The position numbers and the translations under genes are program-made. This document shows, one piece after another, positions 207,936-219,074 of a DNA stretch of 248,000 nt. This stretch comes from Hyalangium minutum. GTDB taxonomy: Bacteria > Myxococcota > Myxococcia > Myxococcales > Myxococcaceae. Every line of letters starts with the position of its first letter. Within the stretch, counting starts at the first letter, position 1. The notes under the pieces are model-generated. The model saw only the letters and a list, made by a program, of their open reading frames with translations. It had not been told where the DNA came from and searched no databases. Where the stretch lies: positions 20,001 to 268,000 of the forward strand of contig NZ_JMCB01000002.1 in assembly GCF_000737315.1 (NCBI RefSeq). Direction: 5' to 3'.

Positions 207936-208600
207936 GGCGTTCTCCTCGAAGGCCGCAGGTAGTCGATCTGGTAGCCCTGAAGCTTGAAGCGGAGCTGGGT
208001 GTCCAGCGGGGTCGCGTCATCGCCGCGGTCACCTGCTGGCTGCTCCTCGCATTGGCTGGGAGGCACGGGCGGCAGCTTGGCGACGGCCAGCCACGCGTAG
208101 CCGAGCGGCTGGCGGAAGAGGCCCACCGCTGCCACGTACTGCGCCTTGGGATCCCGCTGTACCCAGTGCTTCACCACATCGCCGGCCGGGACAACGAACT
208201 CGGCTGTCTGCAGCAGATCCTCTCCCAGCAAGCTCTTGGGGTCGGACCAGAGCTTTTGAAAGCTTGCACGCTCCAACTTGACGCTGTCCTTGATCTGGAG
208301 GAACTGGACCACCGTTGGGAGCGCCCGGCCATAGGCGTCTGGGTTGACGCGCTCCGCCGCCTCGAGCTTGGCAAGGAAAGGAGGAGGTGTATCGCAGGCG
208401 GAGGCCTTGCTCAGAGCGCAGCCAGGGAGGGTTAGTAGCGCGCAGACGGCCGTCGTCCTCTTGAGGGAATACCTCTGGAGAGGAACTCGCCGTGCGTGAT
208501 CACAGCCATGGTTCGACATGCCACCACTCGTCAGGTGAAATGGAGAGAGCCCAGCAGTGGGCGGTATGGGCCCTTGGGAAAAGTTCCCCGACCAACTCAA
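207932..208600 (-). CDS. tssJ: T6SS lipoprotein TssJ (start likely downstream)
   Basis: VNPD; YVAAVGLFR. Confidence 0.85.
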   Translation of the reverse strand: MSWSGNFSQGPIPPTAGLSPFHLTSGGMSNHGCDHARRVPLQRYSLKRTTAVCALLTLPGCALSKASACDTPPPFLAKLEAAERVNPDAYGRALPTVVQFLQIKDSVKLERASFQKLWSDPKSLLGEDLLQTAEFVVPAGDVVKHWVQRDPKAQYVAAVGLFRQPLGYAWLAVAKLPPVPPSQCEEQPAGDRGDDATPLDTQLRFKLQGYQIDYLRPSRRTP

Positions 208601-208769
208601 CGCGGGGAGGGATAGCCCAATCGCTCACACTTGTGAGTACCACCTAAGTGGTAACCCCATTCACAGGGGCATCAGGTACCACTGCCAAGAAGCAGGATTC
208701 GAGCATCCCCTATCCGATCACGTGGCTGGTAACACCTTATCCAGCCGTGATCTTGCTGCGAGGAGTTGC

Positions 208770-210563
208770 ATGCAACAGAGCAGGCTTGCCCGGACAGTGT
208801 ACGGGATCGCGATCATCCTGGCTTCATCGATGGCGTTCGCTCAGGAGCCGGAGCGGCTGGTCGGCTTTGAACTGGAGCGGCTGGATGTCAATCCTGCCGC
208901 CACAGGCTCGCTGGTGCAGGGGACAGGGGAGCTGATGCCGACCGGAGACTACCGTTTCTCCGCGATCAGCCATTACCAGCACAACCCGCTGATGTTCTCG
209001 CGTAGGGGGCAGGTGCTGCCCATCGTGGGGAGCCGTACCACTCTGCTCTTGGCGGCGGCATACGCACCGTTCTCATGGCTTGAGATGGGTGTGCAGCTCC
209101 CGCTGGTAGCGTTCCAGACGGGGGCTGATCTGAAGGAAGAGGGGATCGATCGGCTCTCCTCCTTCGGGCTCGGCACCCCTCTGGTGAGCGCAAGGATGAG
209201 GCTGTTCTCCCAACTGGATGGCGCCCTGGGCGATCTGGCGCTGGAGATGGGCGTGGGGGCACCGGTCGGCGGTTCTCACGGGCTGACTCGGGATGCGGGG
209301 CCGCGCTATGCGCCGCGGCTCATGATCGGCCGGCGGTTCGGCTGGTTCAGGGTGGCGCTGGACTCGAGGATGGTGGTGCGTCCGGAGATTAAACCCTACG
209401 CGGATCGGGAGTTTGTCCGTGGTCCCATGGGGAACGAGGCTCAGGTGGGGCTCGTGCTGGCGACGGTGGGCCAGCGTATGCGCTGGGAGTTGGACGTACG
209501 GGGCACGGTTCCGCTCGTGGAGCAGCCCAGCTCTGTGGAGCTCTTGCTGGGGCCTCGATACCTGGTCAATCCAGCGGTGGAGGTGTTTGCACTGGCCGGT
209601 GTAGGAGGGGGTTCGGCGCCCGGTATCCCTCTGTTCCGAGTGATGCTGGGAGCGGCGTTCGGCAAGGTCATCCCGCCCCGCTTGTCAGATGAATCGGCGG
209701 TGAACTGCTCTCCGGCACTGGACCACACCGTGGAGGAGTGCCCGGACCTGGATGAGGACGAGGACGGCGTTCCCAACGGGGTGGACCAGTGTGATGACGA
209801 GGCGGGGCCCGCGGATCGTTTGGGCTGCCCTCGGAAGGACAGCGACAACGATGGCATTGAGGACAAGCTCGACGCGTGCCCAGAAGTACTAGGAGTGGCG
209901 GCTTGGCAGGGCTGTCCGATGCCGGACCAGGACAAGGATGGGATTGAGGACGAGAGAGACGTGTGTCCATCCGAGCCCGGGCCCGAGAAATCGCGCGGGT
210001 GTCCGCTCAAAGACCGGGACCAAGATGGCGTCGAGGACGATGTGGACCAGTGCCCGGATCTGGCGGGGCCTGAGGAACGTCAGGGCTGCCCAGAGTCGGA
210101 TCTGGACAAGGACAACATCGCCAACGTGTTGGACACCTGCGCGAAGGAGGCAGGCCCTGAGAGCAACCAAGGGTGCCCCGCGCATGAAGTGCCGCGGGTG
210201 AAGCTGACGCGGAAACAGATCGAACTGACGGAGAAGATCCTCTTCATCCCAGGGCAGCCACGAATCCGGCCCGAGTCTTTCGAGGTTCTCCGTTGGGTCT
210301 CGAAGGTGATCCTCGAGCACCCAGACCTGCCGATGATCGTGGTCGGCGCGCACACGGACGACCGGGGGAACGCGCTCGACAACCTGCGGCTGACGCAGGG
210401 CCGGGCGGACGCTGTCAGAGAGTTCCTTATCGAGCGTGGGGTCGCACCCGAGCGGCTCCAAGCCAAGGGCTACGGACAGGAGCGGCCCGTTGCCAGTAAT
210501 GCCACGTCCATCGGACGTGAGAACAACCGACGCATCGAATTCACCATCGTTATCTCGCAGTAG
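208770..210563 (+). CDS. OmpA-family outer membrane protein with thrombospondin type-3 repeats (TraB-like architecture)
   Basis: Beta-barrel-like N-terminus; DxDxDG..DxCP repeats; AHTD, NRRIEF. Confidence 0.85.
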   Translation: MQQSRLARTVYGIAIILASSMAFAQEPERLVGFELERLDVNPAATGSLVQGTGELMPTGDYRFSAISHYQHNPLMFSRRGQVLPIVGSRTTLLLAAAYAPFSWLEMGVQLPLVAFQTGADLKEEGIDRLSSFGLGTPLVSARMRLFSQLDGALGDLALEMGVGAPVGGSHGLTRDAGPRYAPRLMIGRRFGWFRVALDSRMVVRPEIKPYADREFVRGPMGNEAQVGLVLATVGQRMRWELDVRGTVPLVEQPSSVELLLGPRYLVNPAVEVFALAGVGGGSAPGIPLFRVMLGAAFGKVIPPRLSDESAVNCSPALDHTVEECPDLDEDEDGVPNGVDQCDDEAGPADRLGCPRKDSDNDGIEDKLDACPEVLGVAAWQGCPMPDQDKDGIEDERDVCPSEPGPEKSRGCPLKDRDQDGVEDDVDQCPDLAGPEERQGCPESDLDKDNIANVLDTCAKEAGPESNQGCPAHEVPRVKLTRKQIELTEKILFIPGQPRIRPESFEVLRWVSKVILEHPDLPMIVVGAHTDDRGNALDNLRLTQGRADAVREFLIERGVAPERLQAKGYGQERPVASNATSIGRENNRRIEFTIVISQ

Positions 210564-210594
210564 GTGGAGCTGACAGAGTTACAGGGGGAACCCC

Positions 210595-213500
210595 ATGAGA
210601 AGATCATGCAGCCTGATGTCGCTGGTGGCCCTGGTGTTCTGGGCCTCCACGTCCGCGGCCGAGCCCGACACATTGGGCCTGGGAACCGGACGTGATGGAG
210701 CGCTGATCGTCACGGAGCCGCGAACCGTCATCAATCGCTATGCACAGGTCACGGTACCTCTTGCGACGGGAGACACCGTGCTGTTCGTCTCATCGACAGA
210801 AGGGTTCGCGGCGGGCGACCTGATCATGGTGTTGCAGACGACGGGCATTGTCCCGGAGCCGGCTCAAGGCGCGCCTGGGCCCATCTCGTTGAGCACGGAT
210901 CCTGTGGGCAGGTGGGAACTGGCGCGGGTGAGCTTCGCCGAACGTCAGGAGCTGAAGTTGGGAGCCCCGCTCCTGTACTCCTACGCGGGACTTGTGACCC
211001 AGGTGATCCGCATCCCAGAGTACACGGATGTGAAGGTTGTAGCAGGGGCGAGCCTCGTCGCGGCGCCGTGGGATGGCAGCCAAGGAGGGGTTCTTGCCTT
211101 CCTGGCCAAGGGGCTCATTCAGAACGAGGGGACGCTTCAAGCCAGCGGCGTAGGATTCCGCGGAGGACTGGTGCTTGAGGAGTTCGCTGGCTTCGCCGGG
211201 TGCGCCGCCTTGCCTGCCTCCGTGCGCCCGGGAGCCGGCAGGGGAGAAGGGATCTCGTCCCTGGACTTCGGTGTGTGGGCCACTGGCCTGGAGAATGCGT
211301 CCAACGGCGGTGGTGGTGGTCTCTGCCCCCGAGCGGGAGGGGGGGGAGGGGGGAATGGTGCGGCAGGAGGTCGGGGAGGCGACTCCCTGGTCTATGGCGA
211401 CTCGGCACGGAATATCGGGGGCAAGGGTGGAGCGGGGCTGGTCTATTCCCTGACGGATCACCTGACGCTGGGAGGAGGCGGTGGCCAGGGGTATGGGGGA
211501 GGGAGGCATTCCCAGGGAGGCGCTGGAGGCGGAGCCATCTTCGTGCGCGGGTATCGCCTGGCTGGGAGCGGATCCATTCTGGCGGATGGTGCCGCTGGTG
211601 ATGATGCAACGCAGGGAGGCGCGGGCGGAGGTGGGGCTGGCGGGAGCGTCTACTTGAGGTTCGTGGACTCTGCGGAGTGTGGTTTCATCTCTGCGAGCGG
211701 CGGCAATGGAGGGAGCAGCTCCGCAGGGATTGCGGAGGATGGAGGCGCTGGAGGCGGAGGCGGAGGCGGACGGCTGCTATATCAAGCGGCGAGCACGGGG
211801 GCTTGTCCCATGTCCGTTGAAGCGGGGCTCGCAGGCGGAGTGGCCGGGACAATTTCTGGAATTGTCACGAATGCACAGCCTGCCGCGAGCCAGCTTGTCG
211901 CGCATCGAGGCATCATCACCCGGCTTGAGACGGAATTCGAGCAGTTCGCGAACTGTACTCTCAACGCGCCTGTGTTCACGACGCCGGTGAACAACGGGTA
212001 TGTTAATGCCCAACTCAAGGTGACAGGGTCTGTGTCAGGGTATGGAAGTAACGCCAAGGTCAGGATTTATGTCGGAAGCGACTTGGCAGGGGATGCCACC
212101 CCTAATAGCGGAACGTGGAGCTATACTTTTGCAGTGGGCGTGCTGGAGGACGCTCGTCAGTATACCATCAAAGCTATAGGGGTTTGTGGTAGCAATTCAG
212201 AGGAGAGTTCTAATGCGACGAGCATCAACGTCACGGTTGACACGGCGGTACCGCAGATTGGATGGGTAACGCGGCCGAGCGATCCTTCTCCTGAGCTCAG
212301 GCCTACCCTCTCTTTCAACACGGGAAACCAGGAAGTTTCCGTGAGGTACACGTGTACGCTGGATGGGAGCGCAGGGTTTGGCTGTGGTGTGGGAACCACT
212401 GGACAAGTGGTTTCATATACAGTCGCAGGCACTTTGCTCGATGGTAGCCGTCACACATTCACTGTTAGGGGAACGGATGAAGCGGATAATCCAACCAACG
212501 GCTCCCTCTCCTACTCTTGGACGGTGATATATCCATCAGATACGGTCATCGATCCTCCTCGCCCACCAGATCCTACCAATGTGACGGCTGCGGCCTTCTC
212601 ATTCCATGCGACAAAGGCGGGCGCTACCTTGGAGTGCAGACTCGATGAGAGCGCATGGGCGGCCTGCACCAGCCCCAAGTCGTACTCCGCTCTGGCGGAC
212701 GGCCGCCACACCTTTGAAGTCAAGGCGATGTTGGGGTCGATCGAAGACACCTCGCCCGCCTCCTATTCTTGGGTGGTGGATACGGAATCTCCGGATACCC
212801 GCATTGAGCAGAAGCCCAATGATCCCACGAACAGTACGAGGGCTACGTTCACGTTCAGTTCGCCGGAAGAGGGGTGCAGTTTCGAGTGCAGCCTGAACGG
212901 TGGAGTCTACACATCTTGTCCAAGTCCATGGACCTCTCCAGAACTGGCGGACAGCCGTCACACGCTTTCGGTCAGGGCCAGGGACGCGGCAGGCAATATC
213001 GATCCCTCGCCTGCCACGTATTCCTGGCTCGTTGACTCGACGCCTCCGAATACCGTGTTTGACCAGAAGCCTACCAATCCCAGCAACGTCACGCGGCCCA
213101 CGTTCGCGTTCAGTGCCTCGGAGACGGGAAGCAGCTTCGTGTGTAGCTTGGATTCGGCGGCGTTTACGCCGTGTACGAGTCCAGTGACGACACCTCTTCT
213201 CGCTGAGGGTAGCCACACCTTCGCGGTGAAGGCCACGGATGCGCTAGGTAATACGGCTGCCTCGGCCACGACCTATACCTGGGTGGTGGACATCACCCCC
213301 CCTGACACAATCCTGGGAGATAAACCCACCAATCCTTCCAACGAACCGAGGCCTAGGTTCACGTTTAGCGCCACCGAGACGGGGAGTACCTTCGAGTGCC
213401 GGATGGATCAGGGACTGTACGTAACCTGTTCCAGCCCATGGACCGCTCCATCCCTCACGGATGGAAGCCATACCTTTGAAGTGAGGGCCACGGATGCCGC

Positions 213501-216192
213501 AGGAAATGTAGACCCTACTCCTGTCAGCTACACCTGGGATGTGGACACAGAGGCGCCGGACACTGCAATCGAGCAGAAGCCCTCCAATCCCAGCAACAGC
213601 GCGCGAGCCACGTTCACCTTCAGTGGGCAGGGAGGCGCCGTAGGCTTCGAGTGCAGCTTGGACTCTGCGCAGTTCGCGCCCTGCACAAGTCCCTGGCAGT
213701 CCCCGCTTCTGGCAGAGGGGAATCACACGTTCGCGGTCAGGGCCAAGGATGCCGCAGGCAACATCGATCCTTCACCTGCCACCTATACCTGGCGAGTGGA
213801 TACGCAGCCACCAGACACATCGATTGATCAAAAGCCTCCTAACCCCGATAACAGGACGAGCGCTACGTTCACCTTTGCGTCCAGTGAGGCTGGGAGCAGC
213901 TTCGAATGCAGCCTCGACGATGGGGAGTACGCGAGCTGCACCAGCCCCTTGACCTACTCGGTTCCAGAGGGAAGCCACATCTTTGCGGTGAGGGCCAAGG
214001 ATGCTGCGGGCAATGTGGACGACTCTCCTGCGACTTATACCTGGCGGGTGGACACTGGCGCTCCAGACACGGCGATCGATCAGAAGCCGCCCAATCCCAG
214101 CAACAATGCGAATCCAACCTTCACGTTCACCTCCACGGAGCCCGGCAGCAGCTTCGAGTGCAGCCTGGACTCAGGGCCGTTCGCAGCATGCGCCAGCCCA
214201 GTGGTCTTCCACGTTTCCGAGGGAAGCCACTCGCTCTCTGTGAGGGCCAAGGATGGGGCGGGCAACGTTGACCCTTCTCCTGCCACCTACCCGTGGGTGG
214301 TGGATCTCACTCCGCCAGACACGGCGATTGAGGCGCCGAGACCGCGCAACCCTACCAATGAGACCAGTGCCACCTTTCGCTTTTCGGGTGCTGGAGCGGA
214401 AGGGAAGTACTATTGCAAACTCGATGAGCAGGTGTACGCAGACTGCTCATCGGGCACTATCACCTACGATGCGCTGAGCCAGCGGGTGCACACTTTCTCT
214501 GTGTATGCCAAGGATGCTGCAGGCAATGATGATCTGCAGAACCCAGCCACTTACATCTGGGAGGTCGATACAGAGCCCCCTGAGACAGTGATCGAGGAGG
214601 CAAGCAAGCCGCCCAATCCCACCAGTCTGCTCAGCGCCACGTTCCGCTTCTCGGGAGCTGGACCTGGCGGACACTACCAGTGCTCGCTCGACTCGCAGTC
214701 GTACGTCGGCTGTGACTCGGGAACCATCACCTTCTCGCCGTTGAGCAATGGTGAGCATTATTTCAAGGTCTTTGCGATTGATGCCGCAGGGAATGCAGAT
214801 GCGAGCCCCGCAGAGTACCGGTGGGTGGTGGACTCGAGCCCGCCTGAGACCGTCATTCTGGAAGTCACGGAGGCGGGTGGCATTGCTGCGAGGAACCCCA
214901 CCAACTCAAGGAGTATGAAGTTCCGCTTCTCGGGAGCGGATGCACCCGGAGGATATCGGTGCCGCCTCGAGTCTCCCACCTCTCCAGGAAACTTCAGCCC
215001 CTGCGGTACAAGATTGGGTACCGGCACTGGGACTGCTGGCATCGAGGAGTATGTGAACTTGGGTGCCGGCCGCCATGTCTTCTCTGTCTATGCAGTCGAT
215101 GCCGCAGGCAATGAGGACCCGAGTGCTGCTACCTATGAGTGGGTGGTGGATCTTCAGCCTCCCGTCACCACCATCACGAATCCAGCGACCAACGCTGCGA
215201 AGCTCTGGCGTACCAATCAGACATCACCTGTCTTCAGGGGTACCTCCGAAATGGGGAGCAGGGTGGTGCTGCAGATCGACGGACTGGGCACGGATACTCA
215301 ACAAATGGGGAGCAGCGGGAATTGGGAACTGACTACCCGACATGTCTTGGCAGAGGGTAAGCACGTCGTGCGTGTGGTCGAAGCGACCGATGCGGTCGGC
215401 AATACGTGGACTCCGTCGAGCACTTCGCCACTGCCTAGCGACTCGGCATTCGAGTTCTGGGTGGATACGACTCCGCCGCAGACCGCGATTACTCAGAAAC
215501 CTCCCGAGATTCACAATTCCATCAGTGTTCTTTTCAATTTCAGTGACCCAACCGAGGAGGACGGGTTGAGTACAACGTTTGAGTGCAAGGTCGTCGCTCA
215601 GCACCTTGAGAAAGAGTTTGAGAGCCCTTGCCTTGGCGAGCAGCCTTACAACCTCGCGAACATCTTCGAGATCGCGAACGACAACATCAAAGCTGTGAAT
215701 GGGACGTATACCATCTTCGTAGCCGCGAGAGATGAAGCGGGAAATCTGGACGAGACTCCTGCTTCCTATGCGTTCACTGTCATTGTTGAGCCGCCTGATG
215801 CTCCTCAGATCAAGAAGCCAGCCAATGGCGATGAAATCTACGACCTGAACCCCAGTGTCTCGGGGAACACCATCCCGAATGGAAGCGTGGAGTTTTTCCT
215901 GGATGGCAAGAGCATGGGGTCCAAGAAGGCGGATGCGGCAGGAGTGTTCACGTTCCGGTTCGCTGACCCCTTGGAAGAGAGAGCCCACGAGCTGCGAGCC
216001 TCGGTAACGGATCTGGCCAGCAATCCAAGCCCTCAATCGCAGCCGATTACCTTCACAGTGTTCGCGCCCAAACCCGTGGCTGAGGCAATTGGGGGTGGAT
216101 TGGGCTGTGCCGCCTCCACCGCGGAGCCGTGGCTCGTGCTCCTGGGACTCTTCGCGGGAGGAGTCTTGCGCTCACGCCACCGCCGGCGCTGA
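210595..216192 (+). CDS. AgmC-like surface protein with about 13 Ig-like repeats and MYXO-CTERM-like sorting tag
   Basis: PDTLGLGTGRDG; Gly-rich region; repeated PPDT..FECSLD..DAAGN; GLGCA..TM..RRR. Confidence 0.8.
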   Translation: MRRSCSLMSLVALVFWASTSAAEPDTLGLGTGRDGALIVTEPRTVINRYAQVTVPLATGDTVLFVSSTEGFAAGDLIMVLQTTGIVPEPAQGAPGPISLSTDPVGRWELARVSFAERQELKLGAPLLYSYAGLVTQVIRIPEYTDVKVVAGASLVAAPWDGSQGGVLAFLAKGLIQNEGTLQASGVGFRGGLVLEEFAGFAGCAALPASVRPGAGRGEGISSLDFGVWATGLENASNGGGGGLCPRAGGGGGGNGAAGGRGGDSLVYGDSARNIGGKGGAGLVYSLTDHLTLGGGGGQGYGGGRHSQGGAGGGAIFVRGYRLAGSGSILADGAAGDDATQGGAGGGGAGGSVYLRFVDSAECGFISASGGNGGSSSAGIAEDGGAGGGGGGGRLLYQAASTGACPMSVEAGLAGGVAGTISGIVTNAQPAASQLVAHRGIITRLETEFEQFANCTLNAPVFTTPVNNGYVNAQLKVTGSVSGYGSNAKVRIYVGSDLAGDATPNSGTWSYTFAVGVLEDARQYTIKAIGVCGSNSEESSNATSINVTVDTAVPQIGWVTRPSDPSPELRPTLSFNTGNQEVSVRYTCTLDGSAGFGCGVGTTGQVVSYTVAGTLLDGSRHTFTVRGTDEADNPTNGSLSYSWTVIYPSDTVIDPPRPPDPTNVTAAAFSFHATKAGATLECRLDESAWAACTSPKSYSALADGRHTFEVKAMLGSIEDTSPASYSWVVDTESPDTRIEQKPNDPTNSTRATFTFSSPEEGCSFECSLNGGVYTSCPSPWTSPELADSRHTLSVRARDAAGNIDPSPATYSWLVDSTPPNTVFDQKPTNPSNVTRPTFAFSASETGSSFVCSLDSAAFTPCTSPVTTPLLAEGSHTFAVKATDALGNTAASATTYTWVVDITPPDTILGDKPTNPSNEPRPRFTFSATETGSTFECRMDQGLYVTCSSPWTAPSLTDGSHTFEVRATDAAGNVDPTPVSYTWDVDTEAPDTAIEQKPSNPSNSARATFTFSGQGGAVGFECSLDSAQFAPCTSPWQSPLLAEGNHTFAVRAKDAAGNIDPSPATYTWRVDTQPPDTSIDQKPPNPDNRTSATFTFASSEAGSSFECSLDDGEYASCTSPLTYSVPEGSHIFAVRAKDAAGNVDDSPATYTWRVDTGAPDTAIDQKPPNPSNNANPTFTFTSTEPGSSFECSLDSGPFAACASPVVFHVSEGSHSLSVRAKDGAGNVDPSPATYPWVVDLTPPDTAIEAPRPRNPTNETSATFRFSGAGAEGKYYCKLDEQVYADCSSGTITYDALSQRVHTFSVYAKDAAGNDDLQNPATYIWEVDTEPPETVIEEASKPPNPTSLLSATFRFSGAGPGGHYQCSLDSQSYVGCDSGTITFSPLSNGEHYFKVFAIDAAGNADASPAEYRWVVDSSPPETVILEVTEAGGIAARNPTNSRSMKFRFSGADAPGGYRCRLESPTSPGNFSPCGTRLGTGTGTAGIEEYVNLGAGRHVFSVYAVDAAGNEDPSAATYEWVVDLQPPVTTITNPATNAAKLWRTNQTSPVFRGTSEMGSRVVLQIDGLGTDTQQMGSSGNWELTTRHVLAEGKHVVRVVEATDAVGNTWTPSSTSPLPSDSAFEFWVDTTPPQTAITQKPPEIHNSISVLFNFSDPTEEDGLSTTFECKVVAQHLEKEFESPCLGEQPYNLANIFEIANDNIKAVNGTYTIFVAARDEAGNLDETPASYAFTVIVEPPDAPQIKKPANGDEIYDLNPSVSGNTIPNGSVEFFLDGKSMGSKKADAAGVFTFRFADPLEERAHELRASVTDLASNPSPQSQPITFTVFAPKPVAEAIGGGLGCAASTAEPWLVLLGLFAGGVLRSRHRRR

Positions 216193-216213
216193 GCCAGGCG
216201 GAGACACACGGTC

Positions 216214-218001
216214 ATGCATAGTGAGAAGTATCAGCTGATCCAAAAACTCGCGACCGGCGGCATGGCCGAGGTGTTCCTCGCCAAGTCCGCCGGTCCCATG
216301 GGCTTCGAGAAGTCGCTCGTGGTCAAGCGCATCCTGCCGCACCTGGCCACCGAATCCTCCTTCGTGGACATGTTTTTGTCCGAAGCCCGGCTCGCCGCTC
216401 AGCTCAATCACCCGAACATCGTCCAGATCTTCGATTTCGGCGAGGCGGACGGCACCTACTTCATCGCGATGGAGTACATCGATGGGGTCAACCTGAGAGA
216501 GGTCATCCGGCGCGCTGGCGCAGTGGGCCTCGTTCTACCCCTCGCGTTTTGCGCCCGCGTCATCTCCGCCGCCTGCGAAGGGCTCGCCTTTGCCCACGAC
216601 TGCATCGACCCGGCCACGAACCTGCCGATGAACATCATTCACCGCGACATCAGCCCAGACAACATTCTGCTGTCGCGCCAAGGCTCGGTGAAGGTCGTGG
216701 ACTTCGGCATCGCCAAGGCCGCGGGTGTGAGCCCCCACACCCAGACGGGCGTCCTCAAAGGCAAGCTGGCGTACATGCCGCCTGAGCAGCTGCGCAATGA
216801 GCCCTTGGATCGCCGCGCGGATGTCTACGCGTTGGGCATTGTCCTCTACGAGCTGCTCACAGGGTTCAAGCCCTTCAGGGCTTCCTCCGAGGCCGCTCTG
216901 CTCCAGGCCATCCTCTCCGAGCCTGAGGTCCCCGTCGAACAGCGCCGGTCTGATGTGCCAGAAACCCTCCAACGCATCCTCTCTCGGGCCATCTCCAAGG
217001 ATCGCGAGAAGCGCTACCCTGACTGCCCCTCCTTTCAGGCGGATCTGGAGGCGTTCATCGTCGAGTTCATTGTCTCGACCGGTAAACCCATGGGCGCCTC
217101 GCAGATGGCAGGCATCGTCGCCATGATGGCGACCGCCGAGAGTGTATCCCCTTCGCCTCAGAAGACGACGAGTCTCCCCCGGTCTCCTTCCAAGCTCATT
217201 CAGTCCCAGCCGCAGCCCGAGTCTTCCTCGGCCGCTGCAGTGAGGCCTGTCACCGATCTTGCTCCGCTGCAAGAGGTCCTGCAGCCCGAGGTGCACGGGC
217301 CCAGGGATGAGCGGACTACGGTGGCTCGTCCCTCGAGGCTTTCTCCCAAGGTTCCCCATCCGCACGACAAGGAGACGGCCTGGGTCGCGCTCGTGGGCGT
217401 CCTGTTGATCCTGATAGGGGGCGGGTACCTGAGCCGACGGCTTCTCGCGGGGGGCCCACCTCGGGAACCGGTCTCTCTTGCTCCCGCTGGGCCTACCGTT
217501 TCTGTGTCCGTCATGGCTCCGGGAGAGGCTCACGGAGGTGAGGCCCTTCCTGCGACGACTCCGCAAGCGTCAGATGGGGGGACATCTTCGCCAGCGCTGA
217601 AAGACGTCCTGTCCAGCAGCGGCACGGATGAGCACAGCCAATCGATTGCGTCCGCAGGAATGGACGTCTCCCAACCGCCAGGTCCGGTTTTGCGGGATGC
217701 AGGAGTTGCTGCGTCTGGTAGAGGTTCTTCCTCACGGGGGGAGGTCAAGCCTCCTGAGAAGCCTCGCACTCAGGCTGTTGTCGTGGGACAGGGCTCCCTG
217801 GATCTGCTGGTCGTTCCCGAGGCCATGCTGTTCCTCAATGGATGGCAGATGGGGCTGACCCGGAAGGCTTCCTTCCCGCTCGACGCGGGCAAGTACACCT
217901 TGAAGCTCGTCAACTCAAAGCTTCAAAAGAAAGTAGAGCGGGAGATTCTGGTCACCGCAGGCCAGACCACCCAGATCGACATCAATTTGTTGGAACAGTA
218001 A
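216214..218001 (+). CDS. Membrane Ser/Thr kinase with PEGA-like tail
   Basis: GGMAEV; HRDISPDN; DFG. Confidence 0.92.
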   Translation: MHSEKYQLIQKLATGGMAEVFLAKSAGPMGFEKSLVVKRILPHLATESSFVDMFLSEARLAAQLNHPNIVQIFDFGEADGTYFIAMEYIDGVNLREVIRRAGAVGLVLPLAFCARVISAACEGLAFAHDCIDPATNLPMNIIHRDISPDNILLSRQGSVKVVDFGIAKAAGVSPHTQTGVLKGKLAYMPPEQLRNEPLDRRADVYALGIVLYELLTGFKPFRASSEAALLQAILSEPEVPVEQRRSDVPETLQRILSRAISKDREKRYPDCPSFQADLEAFIVEFIVSTGKPMGASQMAGIVAMMATAESVSPSPQKTTSLPRSPSKLIQSQPQPESSSAAAVRPVTDLAPLQEVLQPEVHGPRDERTTVARPSRLSPKVPHPHDKETAWVALVGVLLILIGGGYLSRRLLAGGPPREPVSLAPAGPTVSVSVMAPGEAHGGEALPATTPQASDGGTSSPALKDVLSSSGTDEHSQSIASAGMDVSQPPGPVLRDAGVAASGRGSSSRGEVKPPEKPRTQAVVVGQGSLDLLVVPEAMLFLNGWQMGLTRKASFPLDAGKYTLKLVNSKLQKKVEREILVTAGQTTQIDINLLEQ

Positions 218002-218310
218002 GCCGGGCCTGCCTCAGGGCTCGTACTTCGGTGTGCTGATGACGACCGCGAACGGGTCCGGCCTCTCTCGCTTCTTCGTGAGGGTCCGGTTCTCCACTGC
218101 GACCTTGTGGTACGGCTCAATGCGCAGCCGCATCCCAAACACCCACCGGTTCTTCTCGGGCTCCGGCGCGGGTTGGCCGAAGGCCATCAGCTTCGTCGAG
218201 GAGTCGCTCATGGCTGACAACCTAGCACATCTTGAACGAGGATCCTACCCGCAGCGTTGAAAGGCCGCCCACCAGAGCAGGCGGTCTTTCCTGCTGGCAA
218301 AGCCAGAGCG

Positions 218311-218865
218311 CTACGCGCCGACAGCCGCGCCAGACAGAGGCAGAGCCTCGGAGAGGCGGCGCTTGCTCCACTTCACGCCCACCTGGGCCCGGTAGTCCGT
218401 GAACAGCGAGCCGATGATGGTGCTCACCCCCACCGCGACGTGGACGATGGCCGACAGCGGCGAGCGGCGCGCATAGCCAAACACGAAGGGCGAGGCGATG
218501 GCCGCCAGGCCCCACGCGTAGTCGATGAACTCATGCACCTCGATGGGGATGATCTTGCGCAGGCTCAGCCGGTAGTCGGTGAGCAGGGACACGCCCAGGT
218601 CCGCCATGCCCAGGGCCAGCCCCGCCGTGCAGGCCGGCTTGGCCGCGCCCATTGCCACGCCCAGCACCGTCAGGCCGTTGGCGTAGTCCAGCAGTGAGTG
218701 GATGTCCTGCGGAACGAACCGCTTGAAGGGAAGCACTCCGAACAGCGGCTTCGCGGGCGTCCCAGCTTCTGGTCCGCGAGACAGAGACCGGCGCATGGTG
218801 CGTTGCAAGGTGGGAGGAATCAGAGAACGCGCATCACGCGCGATGGGCAGATCGACCTCGGGCAT
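218311..218865 (-). CDS. SPW-repeat-like membrane protein
   Basis: HSLLDY; HEFIDY; SLFTDY. Confidence 0.6.
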   Translation of the reverse strand: MPEVDLPIARDARSLIPPTLQRTMRRSLSRGPEAGTPAKPLFGVLPFKRFVPQDIHSLLDYANGLTVLGVAMGAAKPACTAGLALGMADLGVSLLTDYRLSLRKIIPIEVHEFIDYAWGLAAIASPFVFGYARRSPLSAIVHVAVGVSTIIGSLFTDYRAQVGVKWSKRRLSEALPLSGAAVGA

Positions 218866-219074
218866 GAACCACCTCCGTTTGGGTGCGCCAAATGTAGGGA
218901 TGCCTCTTCCCTGAGACGTTCATGAGGGTGAGCCTGCCGGCTCACCGGGCGAGCACGGTGGGCTGGCGGGCAGGGGAGCGCAGGCCTGGGCCCCGACAAC
219001 GGTTCGCGGCATCTCCATCCTTCTGAAGTCAGGGCCTCTGGTGGGCCCTTCGTTCTCTCAAGCGAGGTCAGGTC

